Of a stretch of DNA of 64,000 nucleotides, positions 9,206-19,025 are shown one piece after another. A program made the position numbers and the translations under genes. This DNA comes from Anaeromyxobacteraceae bacterium (GTDB lineage Bacteria > Myxococcota > Myxococcia > Myxococcales > Anaeromyxobacteraceae), in the NCBI GenBank assembly GCA_047602405.1, contig JASGHJ010000002.1, positions 352,001 to 416,000 on the forward strand. Direction: 5' to 3'. The notes under the pieces are model-generated. The model saw only the letters and a program-made list of their open reading frames with translations, ran no database searches and was not told the DNA's origin. Numbering within the stretch: the first letter of the stretch is position 1; every line of letters starts with the position of its first letter.

Positions 9206-12200
9206 TCACGGTCTCCGGTAGCGGATGGTGACGGCGGCGGCGTCGGTGGCGACGCGGGCGGGGCCGGTCGCGGTGGTCGCGCCGGTGGGCGTGAGCGCGA
9301 GGGTGAGCTCGTGCGCGCGGCCGTGGAAGAGGGTGGCGCCGGGCGTGCCGGCGGGGTCGGGCCAGTGCCAGCTCATGAGCCCAGGCGAGGCGACGGTGCC
9401 GCCCGTCGTCGCGACCTGCAGCCAGCTGCCCCACCAGGCGTCGAGGTGCGCACCGTCGCCGGTGCCCGCGGTCCCGCCGCCGTTCCAGGTGACGTCTATG
9501 CTCTGGATCGGGCAGGACGCGCCGGGCAGGCACGTCGAGGGATCGGGGCCGTTCGCGCGCGAGTAGTCGACGGTGAAGACGTGGGCGGGCCGGCCGCTCG
9601 CGGTGGACTCCCAGACCCAGGGCAGCGCGCCGAGGCCCACGCCCTGCTTCGCCCCGAAGTCCCAGACCACGCCGCCCTCGGTGAGCGGCGTCGGGCCGTA
9701 GGGGTTCGCGTAGGAGAAGCCCGCGGCCGTGTCGTTCGCGAGGTCGACGACGAAGGAGCCGTCCTGGCAGATGACGACCGGCGCCTGGAGCGCCCCGTCC
9801 CAGATGAACTGGGTGAACAGGCTCGAGATCGCGCCGCCGACGAGGTGCTTCTTCCAGCTCGTCGTCGCGGACTTCCACTCCCACACGTTGCGGTCCTCGT
9901 CGAGGGCGAGGAGCGTCGAGCGCGAGGGGTCCCAGACGATCCGCCGGTGGGCCGAGCACTGCTGGCTTCCGAAACCGTTCCCGGGCGAGGGGTTGCCGTC
10001 GCCCTCCGGGTCGAGCCAGGGCTTCGGCGTGTAGGGCGCCACCTGGCCGCCGAGCGGCAGCCACGCCGTGCCGTCCCACTCCCAGAGATCGGGGAAGCAC
10101 GCGGTCACGCCCGCGACCTGGTCGTAGCCGGCCCAGCGGAAGAGCCGTCCCGTCCCGGAGTCGCTCGCCATGCCGACGTCCGCCCGGAACTCCGGGCTCG
10201 GCGAGGCGTGCGCGCTGCCGGGCGAGGCGATCGCCTGGCTCCACTGGATCCCGTCCCAGGTCCAGGTGTCGCCGAGGAAGGCGCCGCCGCCCAGGAGGTC
10301 GATCCCGCCGAACGCCACCAGGCGATTGCGGTACCCACCCACCGCCCCGCCGAACCGCTGGGAGGGGCCGGTGTTCTGGGCCTTGCGCGCCCACGAGGTC
10401 CGGTTCCACTCCCAGGTCTCGCGCGTGAAGTCCAGCGCGGCGCGCACCGCGACGCCGCGGTCGGGCACCCAGGCGAGGTCGCCGTCGGAGGGCGTCTGGG
10501 AGTTGTAGCTCGCGTTCCCGTCGCCCTCGGGATTGCCCGGCGCGACGACAGCGTAGGTCTTCGCGGAGCCGTCCCACGCGCGCATCACGTTCGAGACGCG
10601 GTTCGAGAGGAGGAGCACGCGCGACGACACCGGGTCGAAGGCCGCGGCGTGCTGGTTGAACGCGAGGGCGGGGGCGCCGGCGTCCACCCACGTGCGCGTG
10701 CCGCCCGGGTCGGCGGTGAGCACCCAGGTGTCGGTCCGCGCACCCGAGGTGCCGTTGCCGCCCTGGATGAAGAGCTCCCTGCGGACGGGGTCGAACGCGC
10801 CCGCGCACTCGGTGCGGCTCGGGGGTGCGGTGCCCTGGGTCGCGAGCGTGGACCAGACGCTCCCGTTCCAGCAGACCACGTCCGTGCGGATGAGGGTGCC
10901 GTTCGACCACGCGCCGCCGTACATGCAGGCGCGCTGCGAGACCGTGTCGTAGAAGCCGATCCCGCCCGAGCGCTGCGCCGCACCCGGTGCGCCCTGCACC
11001 TGGACCGCGCGGTGGGTGGTCCCGTCCCATTCGTACGTGCTGTCGGAGCCGTGGTGCATCACGAGCACGCCGCGCTTCTCGTCCCAGACGAGCACGTCGT
11101 AACCGCCGACGTCGAGGAGCTTGCGCCAGCTCGCGCCGTTCCAGAGCCAGATGCCGTTCCCGTTCGAGCTCACGACCACGCCGCCGCGGACCGGGTCGTA
11201 GGTGCGGCCGCCCATGATGAAGCCGGAGGGGTTCCCGTCGCCCTCCGGGTCGCTCGGGAAGACCTGCCGCCACTGGGCGCCGTCCCACTCCCAGCTGTCG
11301 GTCAGGCTCGTGCTCGCGCCCAGTCCGCCGAAGAGGACCATCACGCGCCGTGCGGGATCGGCCACCCAGGCCGGCCAGATGCGGACCGGCGGCACGTCGA
11401 GGCCGGCGGTGGGCCGGAACATGGACGCGACCGAGGTCGTCACCGACTTGCCGTCGCCCTGGACGCCGACGTCCGCCCCGGCGAGCTGCACGCCGTCGAG
11501 CTGCTCGAGCGAGCCCTGGAACCTCGCGCGCGACTCGAGCCGGTGCGGGTTCTCGAAGGTCGAGCCCGGGACCTTGCCGGCGAGGCTCGCGGTCCAGGCC
11601 ACGTCCACCACCCGTGTGCGCGCGCTCTCGTTGCCGGCCCTGTCGAGCGTGGACACGTAGAGCTCCGCCGGATCGGAGCCGAGCTGCATCGCGAACGGCC
11701 CCTGCGCCGCGGACGGCGCGTGACGCCCGACCTCCTTCGCGCCCGCGCCCGGGCCGTCCCAGGCGACCATCGCGATCGCGTCGGTGCCGGCGGAGGCGAG
11801 CGAGGCGTCGAGCTGGAAGACCGGCGTGGGGGCCGCGTCGGTGCCCCAGGGCTTGCGGGTCCAGAGGATGGCGGGCGCGGCCGCGGCGCCCGGGTCCGGC
11901 GCGGGCGGCGGGGTGCCGTCGACCTCGACGGTGGTGATTCGGATCGGCGCGGCCCGCTGGTTGCGGGCGGCGTCGACGGGGTTCCACTCCACGCTCCAGG
12001 CCGCGGCGGGGTACGCCGTCGGGCTCGCGGGGAGCGTGAAGGTGAAGCTCGTCAGGGCGGCGTTGGCCTGGGTGAGCGTGAGCGCGCGCGTGGGCGCGCC
12101 GCCCGGGGCGACCGCGGTGACGGTCGGCGCCGCGCCGAGCGGCTCGTCGGTGAGGAGGGCGATCTCCCAGCTCGACCCGGTGCCCACCGCCTGGACGTTC

Positions 12201-13636
12201 ACGTTCCGGGTGGCGGACGAGCCGAGGTACCGCGTCGCCGGCGGGCTCGCGAGGCCGGGCGGGGTGAAGTCGAGGACGATGGGCGCGGCGTCGGTCGCGA
12301 CGTTGCCGGCCACGTCGGCGACCGTGATGGCCACGATGGCGCCTCCCTCCGGGAAGGCGGCGGGCACGGCGCCGCTCGAGGCGCAGGTGTACGCGAGCGC
12401 CGCGTGGGTGCAGCCGAACGAGAGGGTGGAGGCGCCCGCGGCGAGCTTCACCACCGGATCGGCCGCCGGCGGCTCCCCGAGGGTGAACGTGACCGTCACG
12501 CCGTCGCCGGCCTTGTAGAGCCGGTTCGTGTGGTCGACGGAGATTGCCGTGACCGCGGGCGGCTTCGAGTCGATGGCGACCTGCCCGAGGGCCTGGCCCG
12601 CGGCGTCGTTCCCGGCCCGGTCCTTCGCGGAGACGAGCGTGAGCGTGTGGCTCGCGTCGGCGGCGTTCGCCGGGACGGCGTAGGAGAGGGAGTAGGTGCG
12701 CGGGTCGATGGCGCCCACCGCGACGGGCAGGGCCGGGCCGCCGCCGGAGGGGACGAGCGTGACGACGGGGGCGTCGACCCCGAGCGCCTCGGAGAACTGC
12801 ACGGTGGCGAGCACCGTGTTGCCGGTGCGCACCGCGGGCGTCGCGACGCTGGTCGCGGCGACGGTCGGGGCGACGAAGTCGAGCGTGGACGCGCCGGTGA
12901 AGGTGGTGGCGAGCGCGTTCCCCGCCACGTCGCTCGCGTCGAGGGCGAGGTCCACGAGGCCGGCGGGCTCCGAGCCGTCGAGCGTGCGGGTGAACCGCCA
13001 CTGGCGCGCGCTGCCGTTCTGCGCGGCGGCGAGCGCCGGGCCCCCCGCGATGCGGAGCGCCGGCGCGTCGCCGAGGTCCTCGTCGAAGGTGAGGGAGGCC
13101 GTGTAGACGTCGCCCTTCTTCGCGAAGGCCGGGAAGATCGCGTTCGAGACCGAGGGCTGCGCGAGGTCGAGCTGGAAGGTGCCGACCGGCTGGTTCGCGG
13201 CCTCGTTGCCATAGAGGTCCACGAGGTCGGCCACGACGGACAGCGCCTGGGTGCCGAGGCTGGAGGTGGGCGCGAACTCGATCGTGAACGTCCGGCCCGC
13301 GCGGCTCGGAAGCCCGAGCGGCTCGGTCGCCCCGCTGAGGTGCACGAAGGGATCGCTCGAGAGGTCCTCGCTCACCTCGAAGGTCGCGGTGACCGTGGCG
13401 CCGGCGCGCACCAGGCCGGGCACGACCGAGTGGCTGACGAGCGTCGGCGGCGTCTGGTCCGCCCCGCCTCGCTGGATGCACCGGTCGAGCACCTGCGAGC
13501 AGAAGAAGCCCGACGGGCAGTCCGCGTCCGTCGAGCAGGTGACCTTCGCTCCGACTGGCAGTGAATTCACCTCGCCGGAGCATGCAACGGCGAGCGCGGC
13601 GCAGAGCGCCGTCGCCACTCCCCTCCTGGTGCGCAT
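9206..13636 (-). CDS. Giant surface lipoprotein, paralog A of 4754-9202
   Basis: ATG at 13636 (MRTRRGVATALCAALAVACSG, lipobox); 1476 aa; colinear with paralog B, sharing blocks such as CSQVLDRC, RNVNVQAVGTGSSWEIALLTDEPL and KVPGSTFENPHRLE. Confidence 0.85.
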   Translation of the reverse strand: MRTRRGVATALCAALAVACSGEVNSLPVGAKVTCSTDADCPSGFFCSQVLDRCIQRGGADQTPPTLVSHSVVPGLVRAGATVTATFEVSEDLSSDPFVHLSGATEPLGLPSRAGRTFTIEFAPTSSLGTQALSVVADLVDLYGNEAANQPVGTFQLDLAQPSVSNAIFPAFAKKGDVYTASLTFDEDLGDAPALRIAGGPALAAAQNGSARQWRFTRTLDGSEPAGLVDLALDASDVAGNALATTFTGASTLDFVAPTVAATSVATPAVRTGNTVLATVQFSEALGVDAPVVTLVPSGGGPALPVAVGAIDPRTYSLSYAVPANAADASHTLTLVSAKDRAGNDAAGQALGQVAIDSKPPAVTAISVDHTNRLYKAGDGVTVTFTLGEPPAADPVVKLAAGASTLSFGCTHAALAYTCASSGAVPAAFPEGGAIVAITVADVAGNVATDAAPIVLDFTPPGLASPPATRYLGSSATRNVNVQAVGTGSSWEIALLTDEPLGAAPTVTAVAPGGAPTRALTLTQANAALTSFTFTLPASPTAYPAAAWSVEWNPVDAARNQRAAPIRITTVEVDGTPPPAPDPGAAAAPAILWTRKPWGTDAAPTPVFQLDASLASAGTDAIAMVAWDGPGAGAKEVGRHAPSAAQGPFAMQLGSDPAELYVSTLDRAGNESARTRVVDVAWTASLAGKVPGSTFENPHRLESRARFQGSLEQLDGVQLAGADVGVQGDGKSVTTSVASMFRPTAGLDVPPVRIWPAWVADPARRVMVLFGGLGASTSLTDSWEWDGAQWRQVFPSDPEGDGNPSGFIMGGRTYDPVRGGVVVSSNGNGIWLWNGASWRKLLDVGGYDVLVWDEKRGVLVMHHGSDSTYEWDGTTHRAVQVQGAPGAAQRSGGIGFYDTVSQRACMYGGAWSNGTLIRTDVVCWNGSVWSTLATQGTAPPSRTECAGAFDPVRRELFIQGGNGTSGARTDTWVLTADPGGTRTWVDAGAPALAFNQHAAAFDPVSSRVLLLSNRVSNVMRAWDGSAKTYAVVAPGNPEGDGNASYNSQTPSDGDLAWVPDRGVAVRAALDFTRETWEWNRTSWARKAQNTGPSQRFGGAVGGYRNRLVAFGGIDLLGGGAFLGDTWTWDGIQWSQAIASPGSAHASPSPEFRADVGMASDSGTGRLFRWAGYDQVAGVTACFPDLWEWDGTAWLPLGGQVAPYTPKPWLDPEGDGNPSPGNGFGSQQCSAHRRIVWDPSRSTLLALDEDRNVWEWKSATTSWKKHLVGGAISSLFTQFIWDGALQAPVVICQDGSFVVDLANDTAAGFSYANPYGPTPLTEGGVVWDFGAKQGVGLGALPWVWESTASGRPAHVFTVDYSRANGPDPSTCLPGASCPIQSIDVTWNGGGTAGTGDGAHLDAWWGSWLQVATTGGTVASPGLMSWHWPDPAGTPGATLFHGRAHELTLALTPTGATTATGPARVATDAAAVTIRYRRP

Positions 13637-13638
13637 GG

Positions 13639-14673
13639 CTAGAAGCTCTTGCCGACGGAGACGCCGCCCGAGCGCGGGCCGACGTCGACCTGGGCACGGT
13701 AGCCGTGCCAGTCGGTGAAGAGGGCCTCGACGCCGGCGCCGATGCCGAGCACGCCGCCCGCGACGAGGAGCAGGTTGGCGTTCTTCGCGCGGCTCTTCGC
13801 GGTGGTCTCGAGGTCCTTGAGCTGCGCGCCGGGCACGCTCTCGGTGAGGGCGCGCTGCGCGAGGCTGTTGTACTGGTTCTGGGCGTCCTTCGAGAGGTAG
13901 CCCATGACCGCGCCGCCGCCGACCGCGGCGAGCGCGGCGGTCGCGGTGGCGTAGAACGGCCACTTCGGCAGCGGGGGCGGGTTGAGGCGCAGCGCGACGG
14001 CCTTGTCGACGCCGCGGGTCATGCCGGGGCGGAGGGTGCGCTCCTGGAAGAGCTCCTGCACCGCCGGGCCGACCGCCGAGAGGAGCTCCTCGCCGTTCGC
14101 GCGGGTGAGGCGCTTCGTGTGCGTGCCGGTGACGCGCGCGGTCCGCATGTTGATGCGCTTCAGCGTGAGGTTCGCGGTCTTGCCCTCGACGATGATGGAG
14201 GCGTGCACCATCTCGTCGGTGCCGAGCGCGCCGCCGATCTCGGCGAGGCAGGCCTCGTCGGCCTGGCACCCGAGCATCTGGCGCTGGTACTCGAACGAGA
14301 GCATCTCGCGGATCTCGCTCATGCCGATGGCGGAGACGCCGTCGAGCTTGCGGACCTCGGCGAGGAGCGAGCTCTCGAACAGCGTCGTCTGGCGCGGCGG
14401 GAGGTCACCGGTGACCTTCACGTCCGGCATGGCGAGGCGGAGCGCCTGCTTCGGCTTCGCGGCGGGCGCCGGCGCCGGGGGCGCCGACGGGCGGAGGTCC
14501 GGGGTGGGCGAGGCCGCGGCGGCGGGCGGCGCCATCGTGGGCGGCGGCGGCAGCGGCACCGCGGTGGACGGCTTCGCGGGCGCCGGGGCGGCCGGCTTCT
14601 TCGTGGCCTGCGCGGAAGCGAGCGCCGGCGCTGCGAGCGCGGCGGCGAGGAGGAACGGTGCGAGCTTGCGCAT
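13639..14673 (-). CDS. Secreted protein with Pro/Ala linker, alpha/beta domain and C-terminal Gly/Ala-rich hydrophobic helices
   Basis: ATG at 14673; signal peptide MRKLAPFLLAAALAAPALASA; CQADEACLAEIGGALG motif; ends VSVGKSF; stop 2 nt before the paralog A start. Confidence 0.8.
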   Translation of the reverse strand: MRKLAPFLLAAALAAPALASAQATKKPAAPAPAKPSTAVPLPPPPTMAPPAAAASPTPDLRPSAPPAPAPAAKPKQALRLAMPDVKVTGDLPPRQTTLFESSLLAEVRKLDGVSAIGMSEIREMLSFEYQRQMLGCQADEACLAEIGGALGTDEMVHASIIVEGKTANLTLKRINMRTARVTGTHTKRLTRANGEELLSAVGPAVQELFQERTLRPGMTRGVDKAVALRLNPPPLPKWPFYATATAALAAVGGGAVMGYLSKDAQNQYNSLAQRALTESVPGAQLKDLETTAKSRAKNANLLLVAGGVLGIGAGVEALFTDWHGYRAQVDVGPRSGGVSVGKSF

Positions 14674-14823
14674 CGGAGCTCCGGACCTGGCAGGGGAACC
14701 AGGGAGTAAGGTGAGGGAAGACGGGAGGGATTGTACCACCGCAGGTCCGCCGGTCAGAGTGCGCCCCGTCACGGTCCACTTGCGGGTACCACCGGCGCGG
14801 CGCGTCGGGTCCGCGGAACCCTC

Positions 14824-14852
14824 TTGACACCCTCTCGGCACTCCAGTATCCA
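14824..14852 (+). promoter_or_regulatory. Possible sigma70 promoter of tRNA-Pro
   Basis: Perfect TTGACA at 14824-14829, 17-bp spacer, weak -10 TATCCA. Confidence 0.4.
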
Positions 14853-14915
14853 CGCCACCTTACGTCGGCCGGCGGGCTCCCGATCCCGCCCTCGAAAAGC
14901 CGCCGTCCGCAGCAC

Positions 14916-14989
14916 CGGGGAGTGGCTCAGCCTGGTAGAGCACTTGGTTCGGGACCAAGGGGTCGCAGGTTCAAATCCTGTCTCCCCGA
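14916..14989 (+). tRNA. tRNA-Pro (anticodon CGG), CCA not encoded
   Basis: CGGGGAG acceptor pairs with CTCCCCG; D-arm GCTCAGCCTGGTAGAGC; anticodon stem CTTGG/CCAAG with loop TTCGGGA; T-loop GGTTCAAATCC. Confidence 0.96.
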
Positions 14990-16309
14990 CTCATGAAGGC
15001 CGCTGATCTTCGAGGAGAAATCCTCCAAGTCGGCGGCCTTCTTCTTTGTGCCCTGAGGGAGCCGCCCAACCGGCGCCCAACGCGGCGACCGGGCCGGGGA
15101 GTTCGCCGCCTCGAGCGATGAACTGGCGCCGCCCGGGACGAGGCCTTCCAGCGCGCCGAGCGGGAAGCGGGCGAGCCCCTCGCGCATGTCCTCGATGCTC
15201 AGGTGGCCGTAAGTCGAGGCCGTGAGCCGGACGTCCTTGTGGCGGAGGATCCGCTGCACCGTGACGAGCGGGACGCCGCACTTGAGGAGCAGGGTCGCCG
15301 TCGTGTGCCGGGCGTCGTGGAAGCGCACGTGGCGCGGGAGCGGCTTCGCCCAGAGCCGCATGTTGCACCGGGGGCAGCGACCGGGCTCGTTGCCGAGCAC
15401 TTCCTTGCTGTAGCCGCACCCCTTCCGACGGCACCGGTGGTCGTAGCCCGTGACGATTCCCGCCCGGCCGAGCGCACGGCGGAGGATCTCGTCGAGCGCG
15501 ACGTCCGCGCGGTGCATCGAGCCGTCCGGTCGAGGGAAGACGAGTCCCGAGGGCGAGGCGTCGATGGCGGCCTGGAGGAACGGCCTCAGCGGCTCTGCGA
15601 TGGGGATGAGGTCCGCGTGGCCGCCCTTCGTGGTGTCGTGCTCGTAGGATCGGCCGACGAGGATGGTGCCATCCCGCAGGCTGACCTCGCGCTTCCGGAG
15701 GCCGAGCAGCTCGCCCTTGCGCATGCCGGTGAAGAGGGCGGCCGCGAAGAGCGAGCGCCAGCGGGGGTCGAGGTGGACGAGAAGAGCCTCGGCTTCCTCG
15801 GGCTGCAGGTACTGCGGCGGGCGCTTCGGGACCTTTCGCCGCTCGACGAGCGCGGCAGGGTTCGCGCCGGACCAGACCTCGCGCCGGATCGCCTTCGCGA
15901 AGACCGTGTGGATGAGCCCGCGGAGGTGGTTCAGAGAGCGGGGGGCGAGCTCGTCGGTCTTCGCGACGAGGAGACCCTCGATGCGGGCGGGCGTGACCTC
16001 GCTCAAGGCCAGGCCACCCAGCGAGGGCAGGAGGTGCTTGCGCGCGACGCGATCGATGTCCGGCGAGCGGCGTCGGTGGCCGTACTCGGTCCACCACCAG
16101 GCGAAGAGCTGCGCGAAGGACATCGATGCCCGACTTTGCGGCAGCGGCTCGAGGCCGAGCCGCTGGCGATCGGCGAGGTGCTCGAGGTCGCGCGCGAGCA
16201 CGAGCGCCTCGGTCCTTGTCCGGCACTTGGTTCGCTTCTCGCGCCACCTGCCGCTCGCGTCGCGCCAGCGAGCCGACCAGAACTGCCCTCGCCTCGTCGC
16301 GGTGGCCAT
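14927..16309 (-). CDS. int: Tyrosine recombinase/integrase; 3' end crosses attL antisense to the tRNA
   Basis: N-terminal arm-binding-like WSARWRDASGRWRE; catalytic TGMRKGE (R), FHDARH (HxxR), LRH, TYGH (Y). Confidence 0.95.
   Translation of the reverse strand: MATATRRGQFWSARWRDASGRWREKRTKCRTRTEALVLARDLEHLADRQRLGLEPLPQSRASMSFAQLFAWWWTEYGHRRRSPDIDRVARKHLLPSLGGLALSEVTPARIEGLLVAKTDELAPRSLNHLRGLIHTVFAKAIRREVWSGANPAALVERRKVPKRPPQYLQPEEAEALLVHLDPRWRSLFAAALFTGMRKGELLGLRKREVSLRDGTILVGRSYEHDTTKGGHADLIPIAEPLRPFLQAAIDASPSGLVFPRPDGSMHRADVALDEILRRALGRAGIVTGYDHRCRRKGCGYSKEVLGNEPGRCPRCNMRLWAKPLPRHVRFHDARHTTATLLLKCGVPLVTVQRILRHKDVRLTASTYGHLSIEDMREGLARFPLGALEGLVPGGASSSLEAANSPARSPRWAPVGRLPQGTKKKAADLEDFSSKISGLHESGRQDLNLRPLGPEPSALPG
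14948..14993 (+). repeat. attL core (46 bp)
   Basis: TTCGGGACCAAGGGGTCGCAGGTTCAAATCCTGTCTCCCCGACTCA, identical to 30733-30778. Confidence 0.95.
14995..15047 (+). terminator. Element-supplied intrinsic terminator after the tRNA
   Basis: GAAGGCCGCTGA...GAGGA-gaaa-TCCTC...TCGGCGGCCTTC hairpin followed by TTCTTT. Confidence 0.6.
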
Positions 16310-16667
16310 GGCTCCTACTTAGCCGCCCAGTCTGTCTGGGCGCCCAGGTTCGCGGAAGCCGGACCGAGCACGGTCGCGCGGATCTCGTCGGGTTTGAACC
16401 TGAGCATCCGGCCGACGCGCACGCACGGCAGCTCTCCGCGCTCCGCCGCCTTGTACACGTAGCTCACGGAGCACTTGATGAAGGCGGCGACCTCCTCTGC
16501 CGTCCAGAGCGCGTCGTTCAGGCTGTCGGTTTGCAGAACCTAGGGACCCCCGCCGCGTGAGTTTTGCAGAAGCATTCCCCCCTCGGCGCTAAGGGTTTTG
16601 CAGAAGGTTTCCCTCCCCCGTCGGCGTGACCAAGCAGCCACGATGCCTCCCTTCACGGGAGGCGGCG

Positions 16668-18242
16668 ATGGCGTTTCGCGAGGTCACGATGCTGGAGGCG
16701 AAGGAGATCCTGAGGCTGTGGCTGACGGGCGTGCCGAAGAGGCGCATCGCCCTGCAGCTCGGCCTCGACGTGAAGACGGTGCGCCGCTACCTCGCCGCCG
16801 CGCGGGCTCGCGGCGTGGAGCCGGCGCACGGCCTCGCCGCGCTCGACGACGCGCTCGTGGAGGCGGTGCTCGCCGCGACGCAGCCAGGCGGCGGGCGGCC
16901 GCGGGGCGAGGGATGGGCGGTCTGCGAAGCGCACCGCGAGACCATCGCGAGCTACCTCGACCGCGGCGTGCGGCTCACGAAGGTGGACCGGCTGCTCCGG
17001 CGCAGCGGAGTCGACGTCGGCTACGACACGCTCCGGCGCTTCGCGCTCGCCGAACTCGGCTTCGGCAAGGCCGTGCGGACCGTGCCGGTCGCGGACTGCG
17101 AACCGGGCGAGGAAGTCCAGCTCGACACGGGTTGGATGACGATGCTCGAGCCGGACCTGTTCGGGAAGCGGCGCCGCTTCCGGGCGTGGATCTTCACCGC
17201 CGTTCTCTCCAGGCACCGCTTCGTCTACCCGGTCTTCCACGAGACCACCATCACGGCCATCGAGGCGTGCGAGGCGGCGTGGGAGTTCTTCGGCGGGATC
17301 TTCAGGGTCGTCATCGTCGACAACACGAAGACCATCGTCGAGAAGGCCGACCCGGTGAAGCCGAAGCTAACGCAGGGCTTCCTCGAGTACGCGCAGGCGC
17401 GCGGCTTCGTCATCGACACCACCCGCGTGCGGAGCCCGAAGGACAAGGCCCGCGTCGAGCGCACGGTCCCCTCCGTTCGCGACGACTGCTTCGGCGGCGA
17501 GCGCCTCCTGACCATCGACGACGCCAGCGTCCGCGGGCGCCACTGGTCCCTCGAGGAGTACGGGATGCGCCGGCACGGGACGACCCAGCGGCTGCCACGC
17601 GAGCACTTCGAGGCGGAGGAGCGCCCGGCGCTCCTGCCGGCGCCGACCGCGCGGTACGACATCCCGGCCTGGTGCGAGCCGAAGGTTGGCCTCGATCAGT
17701 TCGCCGCGGTCGAGAGGGCCCTCTACTCGCTGCCGCTCGAGTACCGGAGGCGCCGGCTCGTCGCGCGCGCCGACAGCCTGACCGTGCGCTTCTACGACGC
17801 CGGCAGGCTCGTGAAGACCCACGCCCGCAGGCCCCCGGGCAAGAAGTCCATCGACCCGGCCGACTTCCCGACCGAGTCGCTCGCCTGCGCCCAGCGCGAC
17901 AGCGCGTACTTCGTCGCGCAGGCGCACGAGCACGGGCGGCACGTCGGGCGCTTCGCCGAGGCGCTCGTCGCGGGGCCGGCTCCGTGGACCCGCATGCGCC
18001 AGCTCTTCAAGCTCCTCGGCCTCGCGCGGAAGTACGGCGCCCGCCTCGACGTCTCGTGCAAGACCGCGCTCGACGCCGACATGGTCGACGTCTACCGGCT
18101 CGCCGAGATGGTGCGCCTCGACACGCGCCTCGAGCCGCCGCCCGCCAAGGTGATCCCGCTCGCCCGCTTCCTGCGGCCGGCGAGCCAGTACGCCCTCCCG
18201 CTCGCGCGCCGCGAGCGGCCCAACGAAGGAGACGACGCGTGA
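16668..18242 (+). CDS. istA: IS21 transposase IstA
   Basis: N-terminal HTH; PGEEVQLD, IVDN and KDKARVER DDE motifs. Confidence 0.93.
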   Translation: MAFREVTMLEAKEILRLWLTGVPKRRIALQLGLDVKTVRRYLAAARARGVEPAHGLAALDDALVEAVLAATQPGGGRPRGEGWAVCEAHRETIASYLDRGVRLTKVDRLLRRSGVDVGYDTLRRFALAELGFGKAVRTVPVADCEPGEEVQLDTGWMTMLEPDLFGKRRRFRAWIFTAVLSRHRFVYPVFHETTITAIEACEAAWEFFGGIFRVVIVDNTKTIVEKADPVKPKLTQGFLEYAQARGFVIDTTRVRSPKDKARVERTVPSVRDDCFGGERLLTIDDASVRGRHWSLEEYGMRRHGTTQRLPREHFEAEERPALLPAPTARYDIPAWCEPKVGLDQFAAVERALYSLPLEYRRRRLVARADSLTVRFYDAGRLVKTHARRPPGKKSIDPADFPTESLACAQRDSAYFVAQAHEHGRHVGRFAEALVAGPAPWTRMRQLFKLLGLARKYGARLDVSCKTALDADMVDVYRLAEMVRLDTRLEPPPAKVIPLARFLRPASQYALPLARRERPNEGDDA

Positions 18243-19025
18243 CCCCCGACCCGATCTCGCCGGAGCTCAGGACCGTGCTCCGGCGCCTGAAGCTCTCCCG
18301 GATGCTCGACACGCTGCCCGAGCGCTTTTCGCTCGCACGCCAGCAGAAGATGCCGCACCAGGACTTCCTCCTCCTCGCGCTCTCCGACGAGGCGCAGCGG
18401 CGGGACGGGCAGGCCGCCACGCTCCGTGCCCAGCGGGCCCACCTTCAGCCCGACTGCCAGCTCGAGCGCTGGGACGAGACCGCAAAGGTCGAGCTCGACC
18501 GCGCGCTCCTCAACGAGCTCGCCTCGCTGCGCTTCCTCGAATCGCGCCACCACGTCGCCATCGTGGGGCCGGTTGGCGTCGGCAAGACCTTCCTCGCGCA
18601 CGCGCTCGGCCACGTCGCCTGCCGGCGCGGGTACTCGGTGCTCGCGCTAACCGCCGACGTCATGCTGAAGAGCCTCAAGCACGCGAGGCTCACCCAGACT
18701 CACGAGAAGGAGATGCGCACGCTCCTCTCGGTCGACCTGCTCATCGTCGATGACTTCGGCCTCGACGCGATGGACGCCCAGGAGAGCCGCGATGCGCACG
18801 AGCTCATCTACGAGCGTCACCGCGCCGGCTCGATGATCGTGAGTGCGCTCCAACCGCGGCCCCGACGAGTGGCTCGCCACCTTCGCCGATCCGATGCGCG
18901 CGCAGGCCGCCATCGACCGCTTCACCTCGAACGCCTACGACCTCGTCATCGAGGGCGAGTCGTATCGCGCCCGGCTCAAGCCCGGGCGGAAGGCTGGACA
19001 GCTGACCGAGAAGAAGGCCAAGTAG
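18239..19025 (+). pseudogene. istB: IS21 helper ATPase IstB with a frameshift near 18845
   Basis: GTGA overlap with istA; Walker A GPVGVGKT; Walker B LLIVDDFG; continues in +1 frame as SNRGPDEW...AAIDRF...IEGESYR. Confidence 0.85.

Noticed and set aside
4871..13697. Very long alternative ORFs (2897 aa on +, 2283 aa on -)
   Set aside because: Shadow frames of GC-rich genes, with Arg/Gly/Ala-rich translations and no motifs
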